A stretch of DNA of 63,580 nt, filler included, from an uncultured Gemmatimonadota bacterium (GTDB taxonomy: Bacteria > GCA-2686955), in the NCBI GenBank assembly GCA_964490075.1. It is 13 parts of 13 records of this genome, joined end to end, with 100 filler letters (N's around TTAATTAATTAA, not from the genome) between each part and the next. Parts side by side here need not be neighbours in the genome. Positions count along the whole stretch, not along the records: positions 60,128 to 63,580 come from CAZBBK010000128.1; 12 more parts are not named here. One strand, written 5' to 3'. The translations under genes and the position numbers were made by a program. The notes under the pieces are model-generated. The model was not told where the DNA came from. It worked only from the letters and a program-made list of their open reading frames with translations, and ran no database searches. Below, one piece after another: positions 61,973 to 63,580 of the stretch. Position 1 is the first letter of the stretch. Each line of letters begins with the position of its first letter.

Positions 61973-63460
61973 ATGTCAGCCGATACCGCACTCTTCTGCG
62001 ACGATCTCCCGACCGAGCCGGTGCCCCACATCGGCAAGGTGCTGGTGAGCGGCGCCGGCGGCTATATCGGCGGGCGCCTCGTGCCCGAGCTGCTCGCCCG
62101 CGGCTACGACGTACGCGTGATGGTGCGCGGCGACACGCACGATATCGAGCTTCGGTGGCCCGAGGTAGAGATCGTTGTTGCAGACGCCCTCGACCCGGCA
62201 AGCCTCGGCCGCGCCATGGATGGGGTTGCCGTAGCCTACTACCTCATCCATTCGATGCTGCTCGGCTCGAAGGAGTTCGCCTCGGCCGACGCCGAGGCGG
62301 CGGCCAACTTCCGCGACGCCGCCGGCAGGGCCGGGGTGAAGCGGATCGTATACCTCGGCGGGCTCGGAGACCTGCGCAGCAAGCTCTCCAAGCACCTGCA
62401 GAGCCGCATCGAGGTGGCGCTCGAGCTGTTCAGGGGGGATGTCCCGCTGACGATCCTCCGGGCGGCGGTGATCATAGGCTCGGGGAGCGCATCGTACGAG
62501 ATCATCAAGAACCTCGTCCGGCGGATGCCCGTGCTACCCACTCCGAAGTGGGCGGAGAGCCTCTGCCAGCCCATCTCGGTGCGCGATGTCATCAAGTATC
62601 TCGTGGGTGTGCTCGAGGTCCCCGAAACGGCCGGCGGTACATATGACATCGGCGGATCCGATGTCCTCACCTACCGGCAGATGCTGCGCGAGTGCGCCGA
62701 CGTGTTGCAGCTGAGAAGGTGGTTCACGGCGACTCCCTTCCATCATATCGGTTTATTCTCATACCTTGCGAGCATGCTCACTCCCGTGCCCGACAGCATC
62801 ACCAGGTCGCTCATGGAGGGACTGGCCAACGACGTGATCTGCCTGGAGACCGAGATACGCTCGCTCGTTCCCTTTACGCCGCTCCGGTACCGCGAGGCCG
62901 TGGTGCGCGCGCTCTCTCGCGAGGAGCAGGACCGCGTGCACACCCGCTGGGCCGACGCCTACCCGCCGGCGCACGAGCTGGCGATCAAGCTCGGCGAGCT
63001 CGAGAGCAGGCCCAGGTACGTATCCTCGCACTCCATCCTTACCGGCAAGCCGGCCGGCCGGCTCTTCAAGTCGATCTGCCGGATCGGGGGCAGGGAGGGA
63101 TGGTTTCACGGCAACTGGATGTGGAGGCTCCGCGGCTGGGTGGACCGGTTGATGCTCGGCGTCGGGCACGCGCGCGGCAGGAGACGCCGCGGGGAGCTCG
63201 CCGCCGGCGATGTAGTCGATTTCTGGCGCGTCGAGGAGATAGACACCGACCGCCGCCTGCTGCTGCGCTCCGAGATGAAGATGCCGGGAAAGGCCTGGCT
63301 CGAGTTCGGCATCGAACCGGAGGGCGAACGCAACAGGCTCAGGGTGACCGCGCATTATCACACCACGAGCATCGGCGGGCGAACCTACTGGAACGTCCTC
63401 GTGCCCTTTCATTACTTCATATTCACCGGGTTGATCCGGCAGATCGAGAAGAGAAGCTAG
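61973..63460 (+). CDS. Atypical SDR oxidoreductase with DUF2867 (YbjT-like)
   Basis: VSGAGGYIGG, YYLIHSM, IIGSGSASYE, GDVVDFWRVE, EMKMPGKAWLEF. Confidence 0.92.
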   Translation: MSADTALFCDDLPTEPVPHIGKVLVSGAGGYIGGRLVPELLARGYDVRVMVRGDTHDIELRWPEVEIVVADALDPASLGRAMDGVAVAYYLIHSMLLGSKEFASADAEAAANFRDAAGRAGVKRIVYLGGLGDLRSKLSKHLQSRIEVALELFRGDVPLTILRAAVIIGSGSASYEIIKNLVRRMPVLPTPKWAESLCQPISVRDVIKYLVGVLEVPETAGGTYDIGGSDVLTYRQMLRECADVLQLRRWFTATPFHHIGLFSYLASMLTPVPDSITRSLMEGLANDVICLETEIRSLVPFTPLRYREAVVRALSREEQDRVHTRWADAYPPAHELAIKLGELESRPRYVSSHSILTGKPAGRLFKSICRIGGREGWFHGNWMWRLRGWVDRLMLGVGHARGRRRRGELAAGDVVDFWRVEEIDTDRRLLLRSEMKMPGKAWLEFGIEPEGERNRLRVTAHYHTTSIGGRTYWNVLVPFHYFIFTGLIRQIEKRS

Positions 63461-63551
63461 GGCTTTTCGCTGCTCAATTCTTCCGCGTATCTGTGGTAGT
63501 ATGCGAGGGTATCCGATCGAACGAGCACCGGTACGAAGCGAGGGACGGAGC

Positions 63552-63580
63552 ATGAACATCCTCGGCATTTCCGCCTACTA
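63552..63580 (+). CDS. Start of a NodU/CmcH-type carbamoyltransferase
   Basis: MNILGISAY after a GGAG RBS. Confidence 0.6.

Overview
This window is not one locus. It is 13 short, high-GC bacterial contigs (about 6.1 down to 3.45 kb, in descending length) joined by 100-nt N/TTAATTAATTAA linkers, as in a fragmented MAG, so adjacency across linkers is meaningless. Housekeeping genes: rtcB, sucCD, carbamate kinase, a long-chain acyl-CoA ligase, ftcD, a K+ channel, a HAL2-type nucleotidase, and a cfa remnant. EPS genes: Wzc, GT4 and a Gfo/Idh/MocA-epimerase fusion. There are many large secreted modular proteins (FG-GAP/ASPIC, HAF-repeat, beta-helix, lamin-tail, CotH, CBM-bearing glycoside-hydrolase-like). 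Defence genes: hipBA, a broken HEPN-MNT pair, a RelE-like/UvrD helicase/helical-repeat fusion, and a DUF1156-DUF499 restriction-like operon with an inserted ABC-ATPase/partner pair and an extra restriction nuclease. Several contig ends are mobile-element termini, often exactly 55 nt, and some truncate genes. Several REP-like repeat families are present, and a 7-bp repeat frameshifts the signal peptide of a 1000-aa secreted enzyme. No rRNA, tRNA or CRISPR array was seen. All family calls come from motif recognition by eye, not database searches.
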